NCBI GenBank assembly: GCA_016906335.1
Contig: JADEYG010000002.1
Location: 1,488,001-1,552,000, forward strand
Origin: Novakomyces olei
Taxonomy: Eukaryota
DNA: 64,000 nucleotides
Reading direction: 5' to 3'
The position numbers and the translations under genes are program-made. The notes below the pieces were generated by a model that saw nothing but the letters and a program-made list of their open reading frames with translations, did not search any database and was not told the origin of the DNA. Each line of letters opens with the position of its first letter. The stretch's first letter is position 1. Below, in pieces: positions 48,945-63,567 of the stretch.

Positions 48945-51675
48945 ATGCAGTCGGGTGCGTCAGAGTCGGATCTCAGCAGCGTTGAGCTGCTAAACGACGC
49001 GACTCTTAGTGCAATTGACGCAGACAGCTCTGTGGACGAAGTGCGTGCAGACCTGGAAGAGTCTGGTATCAATACCGACGCGCTTGAACAGAGCCGAAAT
49101 ATTACATTTCGCGAGTCGGCGTTCCGGAACCGTCAGAGTGGCGTGGCACCGCCTTCTCGTGGTAATATTACGCGTAATAATGACGAAGCATCGAACTCAG
49201 ACGACGATAATTATGGCTCGCGTGTTGAAGGGCCGTCTGGTATTGCTAATCAGAATTTCGCTTTTATTATTTATTCGTTTACTCTGAATTTGTTATGTGC
49301 TTTTTTGTTTTTTTTTGGCTATAATGCTCCATTTTGCTATCGCTTTATACTGACAAGCCGTAGACCTGCCGCAAATGCACTCGGACGAAGATGAGGAGAG
49401 CCATTTATCAGAGAAAAGTGACGTCAGTAATATTCTAAAGCCAAGCAGCTCGAGACGGCGACCATACACGGCAAGGCAAAGCAAAGAGAATGTACAGTCC
49501 GCCTTTATGACTCCGCTTCCACGTAAAATAGGGTTGGAGCAGGAAATTCCTGCGTTTACAGACGTGAGACGAGCCGGAACGAACTTGCAAGTGCCTCAGT
49601 CTGCGCTGCGGGAGTTTCTCAAATCTCACGAGCATCCAGTGGGAGCGTCAGTGGATGGGAGTTCGACAATTCAAATTCCGGAGAGCAGTCAATCCGTAAA
49701 GCAAGGTGTCGTTACTCAAGCAAGTCAGGAAAAGGAGCTTTTTGATCTGAAACTCAAGGTGTTTTTTCTGGAGAAGGCGCTTGAGGAGTACAAGGAAAAA
49801 CGTGACTCTGACCTCATAAAGGAAAACATCAAGCTGAAAACCGATATTGCAAGTCTGTATGCCGAGTTTAAACGGCTTCAAAGTGAAAAAGGCAGTAACG
49901 ATGTCGATCTACGGCGACTTAATATGTCAGCAGAAGCATTTACCCGCAAAGTAGCAGAATTAGAGGCACAAGCACGGCGGCTGGAGAATGAGCTGTTTGA
50001 TCAGAAACACGAAAATAGTGTACTTCGAAATCACGCGGCAAAAGTCGAAGATTTGTACCATGATTCACAGGCTCAACTGCATGAGCCAGTAGCGTATGCG
50101 GAAACTGCAATAGCTCGTTTAGAAGAAGAATTGCGATTGCGAGATGAGAGTATTGAAGAACTCGAAATACAGCTGGAAAATTTGACAAACGCTATAAACT
50201 CCGTGGAGAGCCAGGATCGGAAAAAGTTTTACGACATTCTCGACCAGAATACCCTACAAATATATCGTTTGAATCAAGAACGTCAGCGGTTGAGTGAGTT
50301 GTACAGCAAAACGCAGCTTGATAAGGAGCAGCTTGCAGCAAACCTTGATTATTGCGCCAAGGACAGAGACGATTTGGAGCAGGAATATAATCAGTGCAAG
50401 AACGAGGTTTCTCGGCTGGCAGGTATGGAGGATGTTGTAGCAGAATTGGACCAAAAAGTGTCCAGTCTGGAGGAAGCACACCGTGAATTATCTTCCGACT
50501 TGGAACGGAGCCAACAGAAATCTTTTGATCTCAAGCACCAATTAGCCCAGACTGATGTGCGATTGGGCTCTGTTGAAAAGGAATACAATGCCTGCAAGAG
50601 GGACTTGGCTGAGAGAGCAGATGACTTGCACAGAGCTGGCCTGGAGATTGATGAATTGAAACAGCGCTTGGACGTATCTTTACAAAAGAACGATACACTG
50701 GAGGCGGAGATTGAGGATGTAAATCAAAAAGTCGAGCAGTACGAGGCAGAGCGGGCGATTGAGCTTCAAGCTTCAAGGGACCAAGTTGCGCAGCTCTCTA
50801 CCAAATTAGCATTGGCCGAAGAAAACCTCGTAACAATTAAACAGGAGAACGAAAAGCTGCGGCAGCACTTGAGGGAAGCAGCACTGGAAAATGAGCAAAT
50901 GCAACAGTCGCACAATGACAGAATCCAGGAGTTGAACGTAAAGACCAGTAAGGAGTACGTACCAATAGAACTGTACCAAACTGTGGCAAATGAAACGAAT
51001 GAATTTCGACAAAATCTAAGGCGCGCTGTGGGCGATGAAGATGTGGAGGCAACAGCAACGAACGCGGAATTGTTTGATCGGCTCATTGAGCAGTCTGGCG
51101 ACTATATTAGAATGCGAGCAGAATTGGGCAGGCACAAGGAGCTCTATGCAAGGGAGCATGCAAGGGCCAAAGAGACAGAGGCACTATTGCTAAAGCTAAA
51201 GCGTCAGTTCACGTCACTAGAAATGCGTTCAAGGGAGACGTTAAAGCAGGTCGAGAACAAACTGGCTCAGCGTACAGACAAAATAGTGGCAGCCGAACAG
51301 CGAATTCATACTGTGCGCAGCGATATGAGATCGTTAAAGTCAAACGTGAACAAACTGCTACAGGAGAATCGTGACTTGAAAGACCAACTGGCAGCTCGGC
51401 CTTTTGTAGTCCGTAATCAGGGGGATACGGCCGCAGAGGGCTCAAACGACGTGTGGAAATATCGATTTGAAGCTAGCCAGGAAGAGCTGGTGCGCTCCTT
51501 GGAAAACAGCCGTCGATTAGAGATTAGCAATCAACAGCTTTCCGAGAGTCTTTACGCTGAACGTGAGTCCTACAAGACGAAAATTGGGCAATTGACTCGC
51601 GAATTGGAAACTTGCGGGAATAGAGCGGAATCTCTGCACAACAAACTTGTACATACAAACGGAATCAAGGGATGA
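48945..51675 (+). CDS. CM1 (centrosomin motif 1) coiled-coil gamma-tubulin complex receptor, Mto1/Pcp1/ApsB family, 2 exons
   Basis: Exons 48945-49239 and 49364-51675 (intron GTATTG...ACTGAC...TAG, in phase). CM1-like EKELFDLKLKVFFLEKAL and LIKENIKLK, followed by a long heptad coiled coil. Confidence 0.8.
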
Positions 51676-52216
51676 ACAAAGGGTGGTGCATTATATTTGT
51701 ATTAAACACTATTCAACATGGCAAACAGTATCGTAGTCTGATAAATGAAGCGAATAATTGTTTGAACAATTCAGAAGATATGACTGTAAAAGAGTAGAAT
51801 TATAACAACAATAGAATTATAAAAATAGTATAACAATAAAACTAATAATTATAAAAATAGTAATTATAAAAATAGATAATTATAAAACTAGATAATTATA
51901 AACCTAGATAATTATAAAACTAGTATATAAACAAAATGCCTGCCATCGTCAGATACTCTGCCAATTGCCATCGGTGGCTTATTCGTCAATCGTAAAACCC
52001 ATAAAATTACAGCGCACATGCAAGAAACGTGCTTCCAGACAGCACAGACGTGACTGAGCAGCCGATTCTAACCATAAGATTACACGTCATCTTATGCGGT
52101 CACTCCCCCGCAAATATATATCGTGATGATGATGTCATGTGCTTGTCATAGTATAAAGAGGGCACGTCGCGAGAGCAAACAGGCGTTCCCCATAATTTGA
52201 GCAAACAACCTTGTCA

Positions 52217-52762
52217 ATGTCTACGATGCGGGTATTTCGAGCCATGCGGCCACTGCAATTGGTGGCGGCGCGCCAGTTGCACACGACTCCACGTGCATCA
52301 GTGACAATTAAAGATGTGACTGACTCTGTGAAAGAAGGAGTGGAGAAGCTCAATAGTAAGAAGACCCAGTGAGTGTATCCAGAGCAGTACTGATTTGTAC
52401 CAGAGGCAGCTGGCAAAGCAGCGAGTAAAGGCATGGACTCGGTGGCCGAGCAAATGGAGAAAGGTAGTACTGTACAATAGCAATGAGGAATAGTTTGCGG
52501 GGTTTAGTTACACTACACAGGCGTGCGAGACTCATTGCACACTCGTAGAAGAAAAATGGGGTATTACAGGTGAACAGTCTACTAACCAGCGAACGCAGGC
52601 GGAGAGAAAGCGGACGAGCTGAAAGAAAAAGCGAGCGATACTGCTTCAGAGACGGCCAAAAAGGCAAACGAGGCTGCAGCCGAAACAAAGTATAAGGCCA
52701 ATGAGACGAAAGCGGAGGCACGTGACAAGACGAAGCGTGCTGTGGACGAAATCAAACGCTAA
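52217..52762 (+). CDS. Small LEA-like / hydrophilin protein with mitochondrial presequence, 3 exons, ~120 aa (absent from the ORF track)
   Basis: Exons 52217-52355, 52404-52463, 52599-52762 give MSTMRVFRAMRPLQLVAARQLHTTPRAS...VKEGVEKLN|KAAGKAASKGMDSVAEQMEK|GGEKADELKEKASDTASETAKKANEAA. Confidence 0.75.
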
Positions 52763-53383
52763 GCATCATGCATTAAACTCGAGGAGGGGCAAAGTATTCA
52801 TACAGTCGTGGCCTTTATTATGCTTTGATTATATATCTGCTTGAAATATTTGGTTTGCCACTACACTTGTGGTTTGTCAATATTGGTTTTGTCTTGTAAA
52901 CGCGTAATGTGGACCTCCAAAATTGTAATGATTTTGCCAGTTTGGAGGTGTAGAAATAAGGATATGAATGACAGAAGAAATTGAAAATAGAAAAGAAATA
53001 AAATATATAAAAAATGAGATAACAATAGTAATAAACTTTTTATTTGTATTTGTATATATACTTAAATTTAAAGAATATATTCAGACACATTCTTGAGTAA
53101 AGAATAAAGACGATAATATGCCAGTAAATTATAGATTATAAGTTAAATTTTAAATTATAAATTATAAAAATAATAAAAATACAAATCTCTATATGAACTA
53201 GTTCAACTGTGTTAATATTAATTAATTTAATGGTATTACTACAGTATGAATCAATATAATTTATATATTTTCAGTCTTTTACCGACTGGAGGCACAAGGA
53301 TGCCAGGACGAGCAATGCCAACTTGTAGTGTTGAGCCGAACAATTGCCTATGATCTTCATTGTGAATTGATCGTACCAAGCCA

Positions 53384-55897
53384 ATGGCGCTGAAGCGTTT
53401 GCTACAGACACCCTACGCTCAAAGACTGGCCTTTCAAAAAGTATGCACATCGTGCCAACTGCGTCTAGCTCTGGGCGTCAAGCTGTACCATTCAACAAGT
53501 GCACGGTCAAAGTAAGTGCTGCATTTGCAAACGCGCTAACCAATTAGTCGGGAGAAAGAAGTGCAGGGGAGGATCTTGAACGGCAGCTCTTCGTTCCTAG
53601 CGAGGACTCTGCTGTCGAAAAAGAAAACGGCGCCTCGTAAAAGAGTCCATAGGACTCGCTGGAAAGACGAAACTGAATTCCTAGATGTGTTTGACGGATT
53701 AGAAAACTCGCAAAAGCAGGCATTACTGGCAACGGCAAAGCATTTACGTGACGGAGGAAGTATCAAGCGGATTTCTTTGCCTGGGCCAGAACCATCGACG
53801 AGCCAAACTTGTCCTGACAAGGCCTTGCAACCTTCAGGCGACGGAGATGGGCCCAATCGCGGGTGTGAACAGGGCAGTATGACTGTGGAAAAGGGAAATG
53901 ACGAGGAGAAGGGCTCTCCCGTACAATCACGGCAAGGCGAAATGATGCCTATTGAACAGTATTTCGACGGGCTGCATGACCAGCGACCACAGCAAAAGGA
54001 AGACGCGTCTTTGCCCCAAAGCCAAAGCGTGCCTTTTAATCTGGCAGAGCACAGTTTCTTTGCAGAGAAGGAGGCGTCTGTAATCAAGAGCAGTGCATAC
54101 GGCCGGTACTGGTTTAGCCAGTTTAGAAATGCTGCAAAGCGCTTAGAGCATTATATCAGGCAAATAGCCACACAGGGGGACGACGCGAAACCGGAAACTC
54201 AGGTGCCCTTTGTGGAACTGAAGAGCCGGCGCACGTTGAGGGGATTAGTCTACAAGTATAAGCATAACGACAGTATAACGTCGGCCAGAATCCTGCAGGA
54301 ACAGCTGTTGCAAAGTGAGGTTGTCAGGCTACAGCAGATGAACGTTCATGTAACAGAATTTTATTATACTCTGTGCGTTTTGCGCAAACAGAGCGTTGCC
54401 TCTGTGCTGCAAGACCTCGAGCGGTCTCCGATCACGGGCAAGACTGACCTGATTTTCATGATTGTAGAGCACTTGTTTGATTTACAGTTTACCAAGACAG
54501 ACTATCTGTACAGCTCTCTGCGCCATGCGCTGCCGTTTGTCTTTGATCTATCGAAGCAACAAGTTCGGTGGCAGTTTTTCCTGAAATGTTTCAACAAGAT
54601 CTTGGACGTAGATCCCTTTGCCTTGGAAGTAGTGATCCGTGGCACAGCAGAGTTTGCTGAGCAACTGCAAGACAGGGATCAGAGCGCTTCTTTCTTTAAT
54701 TACATTATCCTAAAGGGCCTGGGCAGTGCTGAGCTAAAGGCCTCAGGGTGCCCGGACTCGCTGGCTGCCTCAGTGCAAACAATCCTGGTACCAATAATTA
54801 ATAAAAAACGCGTAGAGATAAGACGGGAGGCATCAGCCGTGCTGAAGGATCTGACAAAGACAAGCGGCCTCGACCTTTGCCTGAACGAACCGGGCAGACC
54901 GCACTCGCCAGCGACAGTGCACACACTGTCGCCTGATTTACGCGACCGAATAAGGAGGCTGGCTACTAGGGACGATTTGTTTGCTCTGATCAAAGAAGAA
55001 AGAGCAGCTCAAGGAAGCCTGAGCCAAAATTTCTGGAGCAAACTGCTCAACTATGCACTTGTCCAGGGCATAATTGACTCAGGATCCATGTCTCAGATCG
55101 CGGCCTACTTGAGGGAGGACGGGCTCGAGATGGATAGGCCTATACTGCACCTGCAGATGCGTGCTTACCACGACAATTACGAGTTGTTTATGGACCTGAT
55201 AAACAGGTACATTGCAGACGACCGTAGGATCACAAAGGCCGAGTTGCTCAATGTGCTGAGGATGCTGAGGGACCATGGCGCTCTGACTGCAATTAAAAAC
55301 TTGCTCTTGTACCCGGCAGAGCAGAACGAGATCCCACTGCCCGCTTTTGACGCTGGGTGCTTGGAAGACTCGTCTGTTTGGGCGTTTGCAGTGGCGACAC
55401 TAAAGTACCGAAGACCCAACGATTGTATCGAGCTGATTGAAGCTCTGCAGGACAGATCAATCCGGGTTGACAACGATATTGTCAGGCACATTGCAGAGTT
55501 TGTCAATTTCTTGCCTTTTGCTATGATCGTGGACGAGTCCAACGTGGAAAACAAAAGGTCTTTACCCACTGTCCAGCTGCTGGGACCGATCCTGAGACGG
55601 CTCTCCATCGACGAACTGGATGCCACTACGCTCAAGCAGGTCGTACGTGCCCTGGGCCGGTCTGGCCATGTCGACTCTATCTGCAACCTGCTTGAGCCCC
55701 TCAAGGATCATCCGGTCGTCGATATTGAAGTGGTCAAAGTGTGCTCGCGTTTTACCATAGACGCGTACAGTAGACGCGGCAATAAGGCTTCCCGGTCTAT
55801 TGCAGGCCCACAAATACGACTGCTGAGCCTACTGCGAAGCAATTGGCCTGAGCTTTTAGAAGCATTGCCCACGCACAACGTTCACTCGGCAGTTTGA
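53384..55897 (+). CDS. Probable mitochondrial alpha-helical (possibly PPR-like) protein of unknown function, 2 exons, ~825 aa
   Basis: Exon 53384-53511 (MALKRLLQ...KLYHSTSARS, presequence-like), 36-nt intron GTAAGT...GCTAAC...TAG, exon 53548-55897. The C-terminal half is Leu-rich and helical. The repeat-family call is tentative. Confidence 0.7.
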
Positions 55898-56479
55898 ACA
55901 CCAGTGCACACACTATGCACTCGGAAACTAGGGGTTTGGATTAGGCATATTACGGCAATCTTGGGTGCCAGAGTATGGGTTGCCCGTGGGACAAGGATAT
56001 AATGCTGTACAAAGAGACACACAATTCTTGTATTGAATGGACGCATGACTGTTGTACTATACAACGCTATTGGGCAGAGTTATGGACGGCGAGCACATGA
56101 CAAGGCTGTGACAGTCGAGTGATTGTAAATAGTAAATAAATTGTAATAAATAGTGAATAAATAATAAATTGTAACAAATAGGAAATAAATTGTAACAAAT
56201 AGGAAATAATTAATAATTAATAAATACTTTAAAAAAAAACTATTTAAAAAATTTAAATAACTTTGATTTAATTTTAAATAAAAATTCAAAGAAATAAAAA
56301 ATAAATAACGTAATAACGTGGTAACGAATAAATAGCAGTGTGAATAACAAGTGGATAAAAAAATTAATATAAATAGCTAATGGCTCGATATTCTGTGTTT
56401 GCGATATATTAATTCCATTATTCGAGTCGCTGGTACAAAACCAATTATTGCAAAATTTTTAATTTTAATGCAAACCGAA

Positions 56480-56579
56480 ATTGGGGATCATTGACGCGGC
56501 ACAGACGTGTGTAAAGAACGCGTTACAACTCCCCTTTCTACACAAGTGTGTGCCGCGTCAATGAAAGCCTTATCCCAAT
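56480..56579. other. Long intergenic inverted repeat / hairpin (candidate structured RNA)
   Basis: Perfect 16-bp arms 56488-56503 (tcattgacgcggcaca) and 56549-56564, with further inner and outer pairing. Confidence 0.6.
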
Positions 56580-56973
56580 CTATTCACTTGGGCAGTCTGC
56601 GCAATTGCGCCTTCAAGCTAGCGTTTGTTGTTTCCATAGAGTGCTCAAGGGGAAACGATTGGGGAGAGTAAATACGGACAATCCAATACCTTATGCCTCT
56701 CCAGTGCTTACGCCACGAAACTGGTCAGGTATCTAGAGATTGCTACATATGATATAAACTGCATTTTGATACTATCCTACTCTGCTCCACAGTTCTGTCT
56801 CCAGCTACACTAAAGCCGTATTTGTAAGTCGCGTTAAGCAAGTCGCGTTGAGCAAGTCGCGTTAAGAAAGTCGCATTAAGAAAGTCGTAATTAAAATTAA
56901 ACTTATTGCAAAAGGGCGACAAGCGTTCGGGAAGAGAAGATTGCGCTACCAAACGAGTACAGCGCAAGTACAT

Positions 56974-57550
56974 GAAAGTATAGCAAGTATACGAAAGTAT
57001 ATGAAAGTATATACGAAAGTTAGGAAAGTATAGGAAGTATAGGAAGTATAGGAAGTATAGGAAGTATAGGAAGTATAGGAAGTATAGGAAAGTATAGGAA
57101 AGTTAGGAAAGTATAGAAAAGTATAGGAAAGTTAGGAAAGTATAGGGAAGTATAGGAAAGTATAGGAAAGTATAGAAAAGTATAGGAAAGTTAGGAAAGT
57201 ATTGGAAAGTATAGGAAGTATAGGAAGTATAGGAAAGTATAGGAAGTATAGGAAAGTATAGGAAGTATAGGAAGTATAGGAAGTATAGGAAGTATAGGAA
57301 GTATAGGAAGTATAGGAAAGTATAGGAAAGTTAGGAAAGTATAGAAAAGTATAGGAAAGTTAGGAAAGTATTGGGAAGTATAGGACAGTATAGAAAAGTA
57401 TAGGAAAGTTAGGAAAGTATTGGAAAGTATAGAAAGTATAGAAAGTATAGGAAGTATAGGAAGTATAGGAAAGTATAGGAAGTATAGGAAAGTATACGAA
57501 TATGAAAAGATACGAAAGTATACGAAAGTTAGGAAAGTATAGCAAAGTAA
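56974..57550. repeat. ~570-bp purine-rich satellite of GGAAGTATA / GGAAAGTATA / GGAAAGTTA units
   Basis: About 60 units directly visible, with almost no C on the plus strand. Confidence 0.97.
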
Positions 57551-57638
57551 AGTGCAAACACTGCACTTGCAACGACAACACAGACTAGTATGAATTACAA
57601 AGACGATCTATATAAAAGACGAACGATGCATGTATGTG

Positions 57639-60657
<3,019 letters not shown>

Positions 60658-61070
60658 CGCGGGTCAACGCACCTGTGCTCTCGAGGGTACACACACCGTA
60701 TCCTTTCGATTATATACAATATATCGTCTTTTAGTTTCTTGCTTTATATATTTTGATTTATACGTTCTTTTTCTAGTTTTGTCTTTCTATGTTATATACA
60801 GTATTTTTGATGAGCCGTGCTTTTCATGCACTTTTTCGTGGATTGTACACACTAATTCTATGTAAAGCCTGATTATTATCGTCTGAGGAGTGATTGTATG
60901 TCATTTTGCAATGCTAATCTCTTATTCTTTATGCAATAATTTATTGTTATAGCACAACCGTATATCAATTTCGTCTAATAGTCAAATAGTTCGTTCGTTT
61001 TCTATAACAGCGACGATATTTATGGCAATGAAATAGATTAGTGGATTTGGTTCTGATGAGTTGGAAAAAT

Positions 61071-61738
61071 ACGCGTTTCACCAATGCTCGGCACCTGTAC
61101 ACTGCCTATTGACTCGTCGCGTTTGCTGTATATAGTATCGTGGGCGGCTCTACAAAGTCACTATATTGTGTTTTTTATTGTAATTGTTGTGTATTATAAT
61201 TATATTATAATATTATTATTATTACTATACTATTATTGTAATATTATTGTAATTATTATTGTATTATTATCATTGGATTACCGTGTTCCCATACATTATA
61301 GAAGATCATTATACATTAGATGATTAAATATTATTACAGATGATTAAATATTATATATTTAATCATGTAGAGCTTCACGGACCTTTTTACGTGAAACATT
61401 TGCAATTGTACGTGTAATATATACGATCCAATTCACGTATACAATGGCAGTGTATCCGTGACTCCTTGTATGAGCATTATTTATGGATCTTTTTACCTCT
61501 TCCACGTGTCGCGCGTTACGTTTCCCCGGGAAATTTTGTTACCCACACACACACAACACGATATATTCGTGTAAAAAACACACTACAATTTATCAGCGAT
61601 GCGTTACTTTACATTTATACGCATCCATTGCTATGGTAACTCCACGCGCGCGTACTGTATGTTTACATTTCGAGTCGAATAATAATTGGTAAATGCTGAA
61701 ACCCGTAAACAAACAACTCTTTTGATATATTCACGCGG
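61071..61738. promoter_or_regulatory. Cluster of MCB-like elements upstream of the Nrm1/Whi5-like gene
   Basis: ACGCGT 61071, TCGCGT 61117, TCGCGCGT 61509, ACGCGCGCGT 61644, ACGCGG 61733. Confidence 0.55.
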
Positions 61739-61834
61739 CCGTTCTGCGCAATTGTTTGCGTATTCGGCCGCTCTCCACTCACAAACGGAACAGTGGAAAT
61801 TCGCAATCTTAGCTTTTCTGCTGAATTATCTACA

Positions 61835-62818
61835 ATGACGAGCTTGCACAACGTCCTCCGCCATCCTTTACACGAGCAAAGCCGCAACCGACTCTCGTTT
61901 CGTGCTGCCGATGGCAAAACAGAGATTGCAGATAAACGACGGCGGTGTGCTGATGGACAGGAGAACGCGCCCAATGCACTCCGCCGGCCGACTGTCCACC
62001 TTTTACTCGTATGCTGACTCTGCTTTCCCGAGCTTTTGCTAACCTGTAAAGGACGACTCGAAACTTGGCCCGCCAAAAGTGGCCGCTAGCCTGCCTCTTA
62101 CACCCAAATCCCCGGTCAATATGCGCAATGAATACATAAATCTGAAAAAGAGGCACAGGCGGACTGACTGTGAAAAGCTGGATACTGCCAGGAAGGTGAG
62201 TCGCTTGTGCTTTTGTGTTGAATGTTTAATGCTACATTTGCCGATGACAAGTCGATACATGCAGATTGCACACGTGCTATTGGCTTTTGCTTTTTATTTC
62301 ATTTTAAATTCTAAAAATTTAGATTTCTAAATTTAAAAAAATTCCTTTTTTTTGCGCACACAGCGCGCTGATATTTGATATTTTATTAATTTATCATATT
62401 GTAAAAGTCATATTCTAACCTTCAGCGTGTTGCAACATTGAAATTAAGGCTGAGCCTGGCAATGTACAAAGTCAATGTGAACCAGGCTCACTGCTCACTG
62501 TCGGAACTGCCGATACCAAAAGCTAAAATTCTCGAAAACCATACTGGAGATGGACACGTGAAGGTGACTAACGTTCAAAAGGAACCGGAGCCTTTGCCGA
62601 GCAAAAGGCCAATCACGTTCGCTACGCCTCTACGTCCGGCTGCTGGCAGTTTACGGACTAGACATGGTGAAACTTTTGCATCTGCTGCCCGGCAACCAAG
62701 GAACGAACTGACTGCTCAGCCTACAAGCAGTCCTCTTGGGTCGAGTACAGCTACTAAAAATACCCCACGCAGCTCAGCTGCCGCACACAGTTTGCTGCAA
62801 CTCGGAGGCCTCGATTAG
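61835..62818 (+). CDS. Whi5/Nrm1-family G1/S transcription co-repressor, 3 exons, ~236 aa
   Basis: Exons 61835-62008, 62052-62195, 62426-62818. GTB motif LKLRLSLAMYKVNVNQ, CDK-type TP/SP sites, N-terminal RHPL D-box-like motif, C-terminal AAHSLLQL. Confidence 0.8.
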
Positions 62819-63567
62819 ACTTTTCTCGTTATCAAATAGTCTTGCCCGAATCGAGTACTATACCTTTCTTACACATTGTTTATATGTGCCCTACTTTTAG
62901 TGTCTTTTTGCGCTTTTCACAGGGGCTAGTATCATGTTATTTTCATTGGCTTCTTTACAATATGCAATTGCTCGGCACTTACGTTGCCTTTTGGCTTGCC
63001 TGTCATCTATTTAATTTCACTGCGTCTGTGACTTTACCCACGATATTTTACCTATGAGCAGCTACATTTGAATCGTCCCGCACAAGGTTCAATGCAATTC
63101 ATACCCTGCATTTTCATGCTTAACTTTAATCGCGTACAGTGGAGGGGTTTATCAAGAATGGCTCTTTTGCAAACAAGCTACACAATTTAAGCTCCATCGT
63201 CTCAGTTCATTTATTTTTATCTTGCTCTTTAGCATGCATACTTGAGCAGCATCGGCGAGTCAATCCATTTACGAACCAAAGCTCGAAATCCTCGAAATAC
63301 AGCATTGCATTTGGCATTACTGATTCTACTTAAAAACACAAAGCAAAAGGCACACTCAACATAGATTCGATCAAAAAACCTATATCATTTTTATAGCAAA
63401 TCAAACGCTCAACATAACAAAGTGATGAATAATATTATTGACGTAAAATTGAAACGACGCCACCTCTTTCCGTAAGCAGACACGAACAAACCTAACCTTC
63501 CCAAAACTTGAAAAACAATAACAAAATTGAATTGATGAACGTTGATAAAAGTCCCCAATAAACGTAT

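Noticed and set aside
56470-56760. RNase P RNA or TPP riboswitch on the minus strand (TGGAAA, GGCGCAAT, CCCAATT; ACCTGACCAG)
   Set aside because: No CR-I/CR-V P4 pairing and no CUGAGA motif in the required position. Kept only as an unassigned hairpin.
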